Source: a virus. Taken from it: a stretch of DNA of 64,000 nt. The notes under the pieces were generated by a model, which was not told where the DNA came from, made no database searches, and saw nothing but the letters and a program-made list of their open reading frames with translations. The translations under genes and the position numbers were made by a program. The stretch is from IMG/VR virus record IMGVR_UViG_3300023184_005116, positions 1 to 64,000 of that record; one strand, 5' to 3'. Shown in pieces: positions 30,601-38,830 of the stretch; the first letter of the stretch is position 1; each line of letters begins with the position of its first letter.

Positions 30601-31437
30601 AAATTAATGTGGATGAAAATGTGTGGAGGTAGTTCAGGTGATTTTGCTTATGATATAGAAAGCGACTCGGACGAAAATGTTTATATAACTGGTGCATTCT
30701 CTGATGAAGCTTATTTTTCACCTGATGTGATAAATCCCAGAGGTATAATAGACATTTATTTAACCAAATTTAATAAAGATGGTCAAGTAATAGACATAGT
30801 TACTGCAGGTGGGGCTTTATTGGATGCTGGTTTAGATATTGTTTTAGATGACGAGGAAAATGTTTATATAACTGGATACTTTGAGGGCGATTCAGATTTC
30901 TCTCCTTATATCTCTATACCTGGTACAAATAGTCCTAATGCTTTTATAGGAAAAATTCCAAAGCAAAGATTTAGAGAGGGATATAAAATAGGTTCGGTTC
31001 AATCTTGGTTCGGATCTCATTCTTGGTCATGGAGGGAAGAAAGGTTCTATGATAAAGAATTTGAAATTCCTCTTGCTACCACTATTTTTATTAATCCTAT
31101 TGATTCTTTAATCCCTGGAAAGAAAAATCATGTTTGGACATTGACCGATTCAGAGACAGGAAAAGTTGTAGCTAACATAAGAAAGACTCCTTACTTCATA
31201 TGGACGTTTACAAACCCTGGTTTTTACACCATTTCGTGCTCGCTACAAGACGCAAATGGAAATTCTTATGATGTACAACACAAAGGGAAAATAAGAGTCA
31301 TAGACCACAAAACAGCATTTGCTGGGGATCTTATACCAGATGTAGTCAATCCGGAAGACTTCTTAATTAGAAGCATCTATCAAGATAGAGAAGAAATGGG
31401 GTTTCCCCCACTTAATCGATTTAACGTTACTGCTTAA
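24664..31437 (+). CDS. Giant baseplate wedge/receptor-binding protein (gp7-like N-terminus, beta-propellers, C-terminal PKD-like domain)
   Basis: YLGSYKSLFNAIKFFGY (gp7-like); Reg_prop-like NSGLPNDYVYSIEIDKLGHKWIGT; SBBP-like DxDENVYITGxF repeats; WTFTNPGFYTISC PKD-like. Confidence 0.7.
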   Translation: MTTQNLLFFDKKGEQYNFAWNGSYWEGSILFPVVSEKLFEVEHIFVIEKFLDGLGETKYGFPHSYGISPGSPIWRTRWENDYDGKTNVSSIIYTYELGIDTTLDAPVLVKANNVEFYPEVVSGDTIASPSGIVVTSDITSSSMQVNIALTSNEEGIYDRTLIFEDYTDPNNPVTILKVNLHGEVEGEDSRLSVLLDNFGRSFMTTDSFIVRDTDIKEPLPDFEIINKKRKELLLTGESIFPYLGSYKSLFNAIKFFGYYDLRVKEYWLNVHTDTATVLTPLQQNNKILKQLAAPTLTGESSLELISSLLKDENEGKFKHVEIYGKRKDGTFGLKKQFEEVFPSKSYKKTSLFGLFYDINREVENQDEDQYGYPIVEDAFLFSPEEVLLKLFGLKERLKRDYLPLNARIVDITGEGIYFNIYKTRGWVDQLGIDEVKSGIKVDFSVYPGNGYVEDLRPFYIKPNQDGLLYPAVNGTESGISYYGNTIEPYSYYQEYPVSNIPLLTQAIQSFYKDVENGEMPKFLGDGDYDPPGYKLFSTGEEFVFPAGCPVIIKDSTFTLAWDELSRTWDSLDATITTNLLSVASYTNTVLPNPGSPLQSVNSTTSISLNSTIPQVVTLNIGTGNGWFSSSTDVVFVRIESTLSSSNLMLGYVNPGDYNTGTGILNVQVISVRGSGTYSSWKVSPTNLTFSGYSFDYFENFVHSGGFYSWARLPYLDFYEIEWTIYKEDERPYYFQIRGALPDLETLPHFLPYTGEYNVQCRVWDTLNSISLGIKRSVIKVDKKQIELNTITRYRESEIYDWDNMPLKWESYPSQWIWPVENTDKTISVSDFIQNFPEYSNNFNEGQSCEVLSKVPEVKATAIFDLGANSVSIINIQSAFVSGGYSFATVTTTTPHGYSSGDFVWIFDSLGAPYGNFPITVTGPTTFEIPQIVITPITGGLIYGAGTIKVIADGVTIAECGFQGDLTSTASTVYYLINTSLNLPKCKVITLLDSVTPGNKTFTIQAPNNSGALWNGKVLNVQTTGCLFSTPINTTFSGGVNETEEYKFYDFNNSLPTKEMKYWGTKRLSWDTFEDFEFGKAYAHTWDMFDYHNDWLGGFDLYSLQYGDRIRVTSETDGVVLTEISSPSNSYLGLGEAAEQLNSSQDENIKRFNYIVRGFSDLPNNFYPNQNLNPVSPDLSTDPGPKDVTTRFFNVPFSVPGAQVSGLGWDGDGDIWISGTDVIRFDGLNYTTYDSTNSVMPTLGGLTNCIKVDRNDVKWIGVDGSYKPLVRIDEKDPSKSYAFDVTDFVDNSGTPVCANVPSTIYQIETNTQNGDIFASFYTSVSPGEIGLLYYDATEKSWHLFNANNSDITPGVINTLKLEHHSMNRWYLWIGTNTGISRFDGVSFKHYDTSNSGLPNDYVYSIEIDKLGHKWIGTQDAISYWDGTRWAVWNSSTNPELDPTGQYLSIVDSGNSNVWFVLKGSGISLWHFDGYFFTKVEYRNDNVTPIDPTAAGYGNQILVAPWKTVKNGETFFPKSLFIGTQAGELGVVDYIIPHIHATSTNPGTNGWDFIYHETSKPLPSIEYIHNSGIGQSQLGFNFILGPLNDNITLNSDYTRPVMAHVDRHSWYKPIWQRYPIDYLKDQFPSLNIDDVFLYAPLRDILNGKATKESYWRNSQIERIAQKKSRDLLENFEWVVTLGDIYSDIGVKLTVDSEGDIIALGNFEGSIFMGETNNINPIYLSVAGSNQGVYLAKYNKGGVLQWAYSREDVNASAGSVTTDANNNIYFVWNSDNGTTAAINIHKTSSMLTNMSALSITATTGTPTINDIKVDKYENVYICGEFEGTINLGTYTLTNTGSSPAAYLAKIDSTLSFVWAKQLGDGTTNYNSGSSLALLKEEYLYLAGKFTSSVDFGNTQLTGVGTPDAFIAKINTGDGNCIWKESLASSSSTVFTSISISVDPKGHVLLTGSFEGTIGIENQTVSSFPGTTDIFVIKLLSTGKLMWMKMCGGSSGDFAYDIESDSDENVYITGAFSDEAYFSPDVINPRGIIDIYLTKFNKDGQVIDIVTAGGALLDAGLDIVLDDEENVYITGYFEGDSDFSPYISIPGTNSPNAFIGKIPKQRFREGYKIGSVQSWFGSHSWSWREERFYDKEFEIPLATTIFINPIDSLIPGKKNHVWTLTDSETGKVVANIRKTPYFIWTFTNPGFYTISCSLQDANGNSYDVQHKGKIRVIDHKTAFAGDLIPDVVNPEDFLIRSIYQDREEMGFPPLNRFNVTA

Positions 31438-32109
31438 TTAAATAGTATATTCTCGATAGACATCAAGAATAGCAGGAACAATAGGATGTCTGTGGTTTTT
31501 CTTTAAAGTGATAACTTTAACTCCCTCAACTCTTGCTGAAAGCGTGTTCATGAAATCTAAACCTGATTCTTTCTTGTTTTTTAGATCTATCTGAGATGTG
31601 TCTCCACATATCATCATTTTAGATCCAATACCAAGCCTTCCTAGAACCATTTCCATTTGAGTCATTGTTACGTTTTGGGCTTCGTCAACAATTACACATG
31701 AATTTACTAGAGTTCTACCCCTCATAAAAGGAAAAGGTAAAATTTCAATAATACCGTCACTTAGCAATTTTTCAATTTTGGTTTTTTCATAAACCATTTC
31801 TAAGTTTGCATAAATAGGCGCTAGCCAAGGATCCATTTTCTCTTTTAGATCCCCAGGAAGAAATCCTATATCTTCTTTTGCAACGGTGGGTCTAGTAATA
31901 ACTAGTTTTTCAATTTCCCTATTAAATAACATATCTAAAGCGATCTGAACTGCTAGTAGGGTTTTACCTGAACCAGCTGCTCCTTTAAGAACACTAACAG
32001 GGTTTGCTAGTATAATAGCTTTAGCCTCTTTTTGTTCTTCGTTTAGATTAATCTTAAATTTAATTTGGGTTTTAGGTTTTCTTTTTTGTGTCCATTTGCT
32101 TTCTGTCAT
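31438..32109 (-). CDS. phoH: PhoH-like ATPase
   Basis: GAAGSGKT Walker A, ITRPTV, IGFLPGDLKEKMDPW, FMRGRTL, IVDEAQN, GDTSQIDL, HRHPIV. Confidence 0.93.
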   Translation of the reverse strand: MTESKWTQKRKPKTQIKFKINLNEEQKEAKAIILANPVSVLKGAAGSGKTLLAVQIALDMLFNREIEKLVITRPTVAKEDIGFLPGDLKEKMDPWLAPIYANLEMVYEKTKIEKLLSDGIIEILPFPFMRGRTLVNSCVIVDEAQNVTMTQMEMVLGRLGIGSKMMICGDTSQIDLKNKKESGLDFMNTLSARVEGVKVITLKKNHRHPIVPAILDVYREYTI

Positions 32110-32154
32110 AAAGAAACTTATTTTTTTAGGAAACTACTTGTGGATTTACTGTTT

Positions 32155-32203
32155 AATATATGTCCCTGTACTTTTCCTATTGTAACTAGTACAGGATATA
32201 TAT
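32155..32203. promoter_or_regulatory. Divergent promoter pair arranged as an inverted repeat
   Basis: + strand AGTACAGGATATATAT (32188-32203) and - strand AGTACAGGGACATATATT (32172-32155) point at ORF 32222 and phoH respectively. Confidence 0.55.
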
Positions 32204-32221
32204 CAAAAAAAGAAAAACCAA

Positions 32222-33136
32222 ATGTCAGTAACAATCACAGAAATCTTAGGAACCGATTCAATTTCCGGATCTAGATTAACAATTAATGCTAATTTTTTAT
32301 TACTAGAAAATTCTTACAACGATCTTGAAAATACTTTTAACATTAATGTATTGACTGGATCGATGGACGTATCTACTGCTTCTAGCGGTCAGATTAAAGC
32401 TAAATCAATGCTTTCTAATAGTATGGTGATGCCTTCCTCTGGATCCCCTACTATTCAAATTTATGGAACTGGAGCAAGTGCAGGATTTGTTATTGCATCT
32501 AATACGGTGTCTGCTGCAACTGGTATTTTTTCAAATACACTACAGGTAAATTCTTTTTCTACGACTGGAGCGGCAACGTTTGGAGCAACTGCTTCTTTCC
32601 AAGGACAGACTAATATTAATGGAGCTCTTACATTTGGTGCTTCCGGTAGCATAGTAAATACAAATAGAAAAGCATCCGTAGGTTCTACTACTGCTTTTCC
32701 AACAGCTCCTGGAGCTGGTGTTACTGGTACTTACTCTTCACCTTATATGTTAACATTAACAGAGAATGTTATTTACATTCAATCTGACTATGTTTCTACT
32801 GCTCCTGCTGATACTGGATTTGATACAGGATTTTTCTTTTATGCTACTACAGGATCTGGAGCTATTGCTTCTGATATCCCTGCAGGATTTACAGTTACAT
32901 TAATCGATGTTGCTACAGCTCCTGGATTATTAGCTACTGGAGTAACTGGACCTGCTTCACAATACTATACAGGATTTAATACTTCAGAAGCACAGTATTC
33001 TTCACCAGTAGCAACAAATGCTAATCCTTATAAATCTACTGTTACTCTTATGTGGGAGCCAAGAATAGATCAAGGGGCTTCTACAGAAAAAGGTTCATGG
33101 GTGGTTGTATCAAGTACTCCTAACTGGACATTCTAA
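32222..33136 (+). CDS. Short tail-fibre/baseplate-attached structural protein
   Basis: N-terminal DSISGSRLTINANF attachment-like motif; Thr/Gly/Ser/Ala-rich beta composition. Confidence 0.55.
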   Translation: MSVTITEILGTDSISGSRLTINANFLLLENSYNDLENTFNINVLTGSMDVSTASSGQIKAKSMLSNSMVMPSSGSPTIQIYGTGASAGFVIASNTVSAATGIFSNTLQVNSFSTTGAATFGATASFQGQTNINGALTFGASGSIVNTNRKASVGSTTAFPTAPGAGVTGTYSSPYMLTLTENVIYIQSDYVSTAPADTGFDTGFFFYATTGSGAIASDIPAGFTVTLIDVATAPGLLATGVTGPASQYYTGFNTSEAQYSSPVATNANPYKSTVTLMWEPRIDQGASTEKGSWVVVSSTPNWTF

Positions 33137-33150
33137 TAAAAATTTTATAA

Positions 33151-35334
33151 ATGGCAAAAACACCATACATACGCCCCATAGCAGTTCAAGGAGGTACATT
33201 TTATACCTTCTCTTCTGCTGCTGAGGACTTAAGCCTTACTTTCAACAACTCACTTAAGAAGTTTAAATTTTCTAAGTATGCTCTTTTAAAGCTTCCAGAG
33301 TTTGGAAGTCCAACATATGGTGAAAATACTTTTCAATTTAATGCGATAGATACAACTTTTCTTGATGCAGCTTATGGTGATTATGTTTTAACAAACCCAA
33401 ATAACCTTAGTCCTTCACCAGAAATTTCATTTCAGAACTATTGCTTAAATTTTGAGTCAACTATATTATCAGATCCAAACTATAATCCTGATCTTAAATT
33501 AAATGTTTCAGAGAGGGTATTTTGGAAATGGGTTAAAGAGCTAGGAGGTGTTAGATACAGATCTGCAAATACGAACGAAGTAGTTACTTCACTTAATCAA
33601 AGTACTACAACAACAGTAGACGGTCTTCCTTATTCAGATAAAAGATGGGTAGAAGAAAATACTTTTTTAAGTGGTAACGGTACACCAACTCCCAGATACG
33701 AAAGAATCGTACAATATATTGGTGAAATTGATGTAGTAAACTCTGTTCAAAATTCGGATAACGCATATTCGGAAGTTTATATACACATTCCTACTGGAGA
33801 TGGTAATACCCCTTATGTTTTATTTAAAACAGTAGCAGACGAAAACTATTATCCTGATAGAACATTTACACATAATCCGCCAGATCCTATTGACACTGAA
33901 TATATTCAAGGGAGAGGAGCTGCTAGTGGAGTTTACGGTCCAAATGGATTACCGAAATTTGCAATATTTGACCAAGACGTTTTAGGAGAACCTGGGGTAA
34001 GCGGAACATCTGCTACTGGTACTTTTTCAACTAACTGGTATGCTCCTAGAGAGACACCAAATTCATATTACACTGACTCTACATTTTTTGATGCAGGTAA
34101 TATGGAATTACAAAAATATGTTGCCGCTACAGGACCTAGCGGATATTCAGTTACTTATAAAAGAAGCAATCTAGACGGAGTTCAAATTGACTTTGATCCT
34201 GCTTCTTATAAAGCTATACAAAACTATGTTGGTATTACAACTATTGAGGAGTGGAACGGTACACCGACTACCACTTCTTTTGAATTTAATACAGTATTGG
34301 TTTATTATGACGTTTACGATCCTAATAATCCAGCAGATTCAGAAACTAATCTTTACGGAATTTTATTCCTTAATGATCCAGAACCATTCTCAACTAATGC
34401 TGCTAAACTTCCTAATTTTAAGAAGTTTAAGCCAGATCCAATTACTAAATTAAACGGTAATTCGTACGGATTTAAAATAAACCTTAAGTTTGATACTGAC
34501 GTAGAAAGTACAGGAGTAGAACAGGCAATTAATGACTATTCTTCTTTCTCTCTTTCTATATTTATGGATGCTGCAACAGTTCTTCAAGATGCTGCAAAAA
34601 ATCTTAATGATAGAACATTAGAGATAATGGCTCTACAAAACGAGGTTGCAGATTTAAAAGATCTTATCATTAATACGGACGATAGCACCGAAATTAAACA
34701 AAGGCTAACCGCAGTAGAAAATTCTTTACAAGCAAACCAAGCTTTATTTGAGAATACGCAAGACATATTAAGTCTTATTGAAAAGAACAGTGACGATATT
34801 CAGAACATACTTCAAAATCAGACTTCTATTAATATGTCATACAATCTTGATCTTCTTAAAGATGGAGACGGTACTACGGTAGATAGAACAACACCAAATA
34901 TTTTAAGAGTTGATGTTACTCAACAAGATTATAACATTGGATCAAATTCAGTTTTTACTATTAATCCTGTATCTGGTAACACAATCTCATTAGAAATCTA
35001 TACTAATTACCTTAAACACAAAAACAACGGTCTTTCAATTACTGCAACAAATGATATTGTTATAAGAATTGATGACAGCTTCAATAAATGGAAAAAAGGA
35101 CAGGTTTTAAGATTAGTTATTGGAGACGATATTGATCTTGGAAACTATTCTCTTGTTATACTTACTGATGTTATGGGAGAATATCCAAAAGGAACACCTT
35201 CAGGAGTTCCATACTCAACAGTAGTAGCAGGATTTACTAATACTTCTTTCAGCGGTGCTTCACACAAACCTATTTTTGATATTGTTTGTACCGACGATGT
35301 AAATCTAATATTTGAAGTAGATCAAATAAAATAA
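33151..35334 (+). CDS. Putative virion structural protein with coiled coil
   Basis: 727 aa in the structural train; heptad region LNDRTLEIMALQNEVADLK. Confidence 0.55.
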   Translation: MAKTPYIRPIAVQGGTFYTFSSAAEDLSLTFNNSLKKFKFSKYALLKLPEFGSPTYGENTFQFNAIDTTFLDAAYGDYVLTNPNNLSPSPEISFQNYCLNFESTILSDPNYNPDLKLNVSERVFWKWVKELGGVRYRSANTNEVVTSLNQSTTTTVDGLPYSDKRWVEENTFLSGNGTPTPRYERIVQYIGEIDVVNSVQNSDNAYSEVYIHIPTGDGNTPYVLFKTVADENYYPDRTFTHNPPDPIDTEYIQGRGAASGVYGPNGLPKFAIFDQDVLGEPGVSGTSATGTFSTNWYAPRETPNSYYTDSTFFDAGNMELQKYVAATGPSGYSVTYKRSNLDGVQIDFDPASYKAIQNYVGITTIEEWNGTPTTTSFEFNTVLVYYDVYDPNNPADSETNLYGILFLNDPEPFSTNAAKLPNFKKFKPDPITKLNGNSYGFKINLKFDTDVESTGVEQAINDYSSFSLSIFMDAATVLQDAAKNLNDRTLEIMALQNEVADLKDLIINTDDSTEIKQRLTAVENSLQANQALFENTQDILSLIEKNSDDIQNILQNQTSINMSYNLDLLKDGDGTTVDRTTPNILRVDVTQQDYNIGSNSVFTINPVSGNTISLEIYTNYLKHKNNGLSITATNDIVIRIDDSFNKWKKGQVLRLVIGDDIDLGNYSLVILTDVMGEYPKGTPSGVPYSTVVAGFTNTSFSGASHKPIFDIVCTDDVNLIFEVDQIK

Positions 35335-35340
35335 TAAGAA

Positions 35341-38300
35341 ATGTCGAATACGAAAAATTCATTCTCATCTTTAATCGCCCAATTTCTAAGATTACAGAAA
35401 AACTCTCTAGAAATTATCAATAAACTGAATGATGTTGCAACTACTGCTAAGGATTCAGTTGAGATTGAATTCTTGATGGATGATAATACATCTGAAAACA
35501 TACAGATTCCTTCATACGGTTTTCTTAAATCTGAAATTAATAGGCTAGATCAAAACATATTAGCTCTTTCAGGGATGGAAGATAATACTGCTAATATTAG
35601 AAAATCTGACGGAACAGTTGCAAAAATATATCAAGCATCGGTTTTAAAAGATCCTAATTCTCCAAGTAGTTTACAAGTACCGTCTACCTTTCAAGCTAGA
35701 AATAACTGGTTTTTTGAATCATTTTTAAACCCTCTTCTTTACATTTCTATTGATGTTGAAAATCAAATCCCTACGAATTCTGAAAGGGTAATGGTTAAAA
35801 GAATTATTGCTAACACTCAATCTGATGTTCAAAGACAATATTTTGATGCTAACATAAAAGGTAAAAATAATATCTCAGATGCAGACCTTATTGCTGCTTT
35901 AGAAAGTCAAGGTATACAATATTTTGTAGATGAGCAAATAAATGAGCTAGAGTTAAGAACAATTAGATATACAGGATCTTTTGGAGTTCTTAGAGTATTT
36001 GACGAAGAAACACAAACTACAGAAAACGGGGTTACTACTACAAATACAACAAGAAAATACAAATTAAATACTTTAAAGTACTCAGATACTTTAGCTACTA
36101 CTTCTAATACCAGGACATTAACAAAGGGAGATCAGATAATTACTTCTGGAGGAACTAAATACGAGATTACATCCATTGATGCAGCTTCTTCTACTATTGT
36201 ACTTAGAAGACTATTTGGATTTGAGCCAGTTAAAATTGGAAATGATTCATTGATAATATTCTCTAATGTCCTATCAAATAAAGCAGTAGATGTTAATGTT
36301 GGTTTTGATGAAAGACAGGGTGTATTTATCAAGTCAATTGACGGAGATTTTAATGTTGCTTCTAGCAACTATAGTCCAGGTATTACATTTTGGTCTAATG
36401 AATTACAAATTAACACATCGGATGGCGTAAAAACTCTTTCTGATTTTTATAATTCAGAGGTTTCGGATTTTGGTAAAACCTTTATTGCTGCAGCTAAGGA
36501 AAAAACAATTCCTGCAGTATACGGGCAAACACCTTCTGCTCCTGTAGTATCAACTGACAATTTTAAAGTTGTACAAGTAAATACACAAATAACAAGTTCT
36601 AAGGAGAACAAAAACTTTAAAGAAAAGATTCAAACAAAAACAACTTTAAAGAACGAAATTACTTCGATTGACAGAGCAATAGATCAAACTAGAAAACAAT
36701 TAGCAGATCTAACTACTACTGCAACAAAGAAAGCTCCAACAGCAGAATTTAAAAAACTTAGTGATAAGATTACCACCCTTTCAAAAGATAAAGGGTCTAA
36801 AACTGATTTGTTATCAACAACAATAACCGATCTAAATAATCTTACTGCTACTACACCAGAATTAACTCAAGCACCTATTTATAGAGTTAGAGGATTTTGG
36901 CCTATACCTGAACCTATAACTGACCCAAAAACAGGAGAGCAAAACATTGTTCAATTTAATGTAAGGTATCGATATCTTTCTTTAACTGGAAATCCTAATA
37001 ATACAACGCAGATTGATTTTGTTGATAACGACGGCGTAAAAAGAGCAGGACAATTTTCTAACTGGGTTCAATTCAAAAGTGATTTAAGAAAAAAAGTTTA
37101 TGACGAAAATACCGGATCTTATACATGGAAGCTTGAAGATGTTAGTGATGCAAATACTGTAAATATTAATCAGCTCGACATTGCTATATCTAAAGGTGAA
37201 AAAGTAGAGATTCAGGTTCAAGCTATATCTGAAGCAGGATGGCCAACAAACCCATTAACCTCTGATTGGTCAACTTCTATTACTGTTGATTTCCCTGCAG
37301 ACCTTTCTGTACAGATTGACAATACGCCATTTATAGCACAAAACCAAAGTGATCAAACCCTAGTACAAATTCAAACAGAGTTACAAGCTAAAGGTTTAGA
37401 TCAGCATCTTTCAACATCTTTTAATTCAGGTGACAAATATTATGCTCATACATCTAGTGTAATTTCATCAGGATTCTTTGATGCTAAAGGTACTGCTATA
37501 GATTTATTTCAAAAGCTAACTCAGATTGATAATGAGCTTCAATCACTAAGAGCATTAATTGCAAAAGCAAAAGGAACTCTTGGAGTTTATGTAAGAAGCG
37601 GAAATACTTCAAACAAAGTAAATCCTGGAAGTACAGTAAATCTTTTTGCTGGGTATTATGATCAGTTAATAGATCTTTCAAATCCTAGCAATAAAGGAAA
37701 AATTGCAACTGTGACTTATTATTTAGAATTAAGAAACGAAGCAGCAACACCTTTAGAATTATCTTCTTTAATCCCTGGAGGTCAAGGAGTACATGCACCG
37801 AATATATTTGGACCTACTGGATCAGACTATAATGAAAACAGAAAGTATGGGAATACTCCTATACAATTATCAGGTTTAGTTGCTTCACAAGTTAATACCA
37901 CTACACCTGGTGACTTTGTACAAGCATTAGGATATCAAAGTGGTAATGCTTATTCTCAATTTGTTTATTCTAGATATAAAAGTGTAGGTTTAGACGAGGA
38001 TCTTTATTATGATCCGGCTACTACATTAGGATGGGTTATTAGTGACGGTACTTCAAGTCTTCCTATAAACAATTATGGTATACTTATGCCATACGATCCG
38101 TCATCTACTACTATTACAGGTGCTGGTAACAATACTAATATTTGGAACGGTAACTATACGGCAGGTGCTCCTGCAGGTAACGGAAATCTTAATGAGTTTT
38201 CTATACACGTATCTCATCCTGCATTAAATGGGGATACGTTTACTGATCTTGAAAGACCTATAGTTTCTGCATCTGGACCAATGGTATATCCTGCATTTAG

Positions 38301-38823
38301 ACACTCTGTTGGATTTGAAGTTGACACAAATACAAATAGCTCTGCACTAGGAAGTACACAAACATTACCTACCCAGCAATTAAAATTCTATCCTGCAACA
38401 GGTGCCACTTTTAGTGCCGACGGATCATACCCTAATAAATTAGGATTTGTTGATGGCGACGAATACTTATGCGGTAAATATTCATGTGGATCTTATTTGT
38501 ATCTTGCACCAACTAATCATACAGCAGTTCAAGTCGAAGGATCAACTCAGCTAGCTAAAAAGACGTTAGAATTTGGACAAGAGAATTCTATAACAATTCC
38601 GATTATCTTCCAAATGAGAGCTCAAGATAAGCTTGGTTATGTTGGAGGATGGAGACAAGCAGGAAGTTTAAAGAATATTACATACAGTAAAAAAATAGGA
38701 ATAGATATACAGGTAAAGAACGAGGATTTATTCTCTTTTGACGTTTTAATATCAGGAAGCTATACTAAGACATCGCTTGTATCTCCTGCTTATTCCCAAA
38801 CTGTAATAACCACTAAGAAATAA
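35341..38823 (+). CDS. Large putative virion structural protein (coiled coil, FN3-like module)
   Basis: 1160 aa; VEIQVQAISEAGWP..PLTSDWS FN3-like C-terminal strand; coiled coil LKNEITSIDRAIDQTRKQL. Confidence 0.55.
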   Translation: MSNTKNSFSSLIAQFLRLQKNSLEIINKLNDVATTAKDSVEIEFLMDDNTSENIQIPSYGFLKSEINRLDQNILALSGMEDNTANIRKSDGTVAKIYQASVLKDPNSPSSLQVPSTFQARNNWFFESFLNPLLYISIDVENQIPTNSERVMVKRIIANTQSDVQRQYFDANIKGKNNISDADLIAALESQGIQYFVDEQINELELRTIRYTGSFGVLRVFDEETQTTENGVTTTNTTRKYKLNTLKYSDTLATTSNTRTLTKGDQIITSGGTKYEITSIDAASSTIVLRRLFGFEPVKIGNDSLIIFSNVLSNKAVDVNVGFDERQGVFIKSIDGDFNVASSNYSPGITFWSNELQINTSDGVKTLSDFYNSEVSDFGKTFIAAAKEKTIPAVYGQTPSAPVVSTDNFKVVQVNTQITSSKENKNFKEKIQTKTTLKNEITSIDRAIDQTRKQLADLTTTATKKAPTAEFKKLSDKITTLSKDKGSKTDLLSTTITDLNNLTATTPELTQAPIYRVRGFWPIPEPITDPKTGEQNIVQFNVRYRYLSLTGNPNNTTQIDFVDNDGVKRAGQFSNWVQFKSDLRKKVYDENTGSYTWKLEDVSDANTVNINQLDIAISKGEKVEIQVQAISEAGWPTNPLTSDWSTSITVDFPADLSVQIDNTPFIAQNQSDQTLVQIQTELQAKGLDQHLSTSFNSGDKYYAHTSSVISSGFFDAKGTAIDLFQKLTQIDNELQSLRALIAKAKGTLGVYVRSGNTSNKVNPGSTVNLFAGYYDQLIDLSNPSNKGKIATVTYYLELRNEAATPLELSSLIPGGQGVHAPNIFGPTGSDYNENRKYGNTPIQLSGLVASQVNTTTPGDFVQALGYQSGNAYSQFVYSRYKSVGLDEDLYYDPATTLGWVISDGTSSLPINNYGILMPYDPSSTTITGAGNNTNIWNGNYTAGAPAGNGNLNEFSIHVSHPALNGDTFTDLERPIVSASGPMVYPAFRHSVGFEVDTNTNSSALGSTQTLPTQQLKFYPATGATFSADGSYPNKLGFVDGDEYLCGKYSCGSYLYLAPTNHTAVQVEGSTQLAKKTLEFGQENSITIPIIFQMRAQDKLGYVGGWRQAGSLKNITYSKKIGIDIQVKNEDLFSFDVLISGSYTKTSLVSPAYSQTVITTKK

Positions 38824-38830
38824 TTGAAAA

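Noticed and set aside
32130-32160. Sixth class A promoter (GAAACT at 32130)
   Set aside because: Downstream element is TTTAAT/TTAATA, a poor match, and the region is better explained by the divergent class B pair
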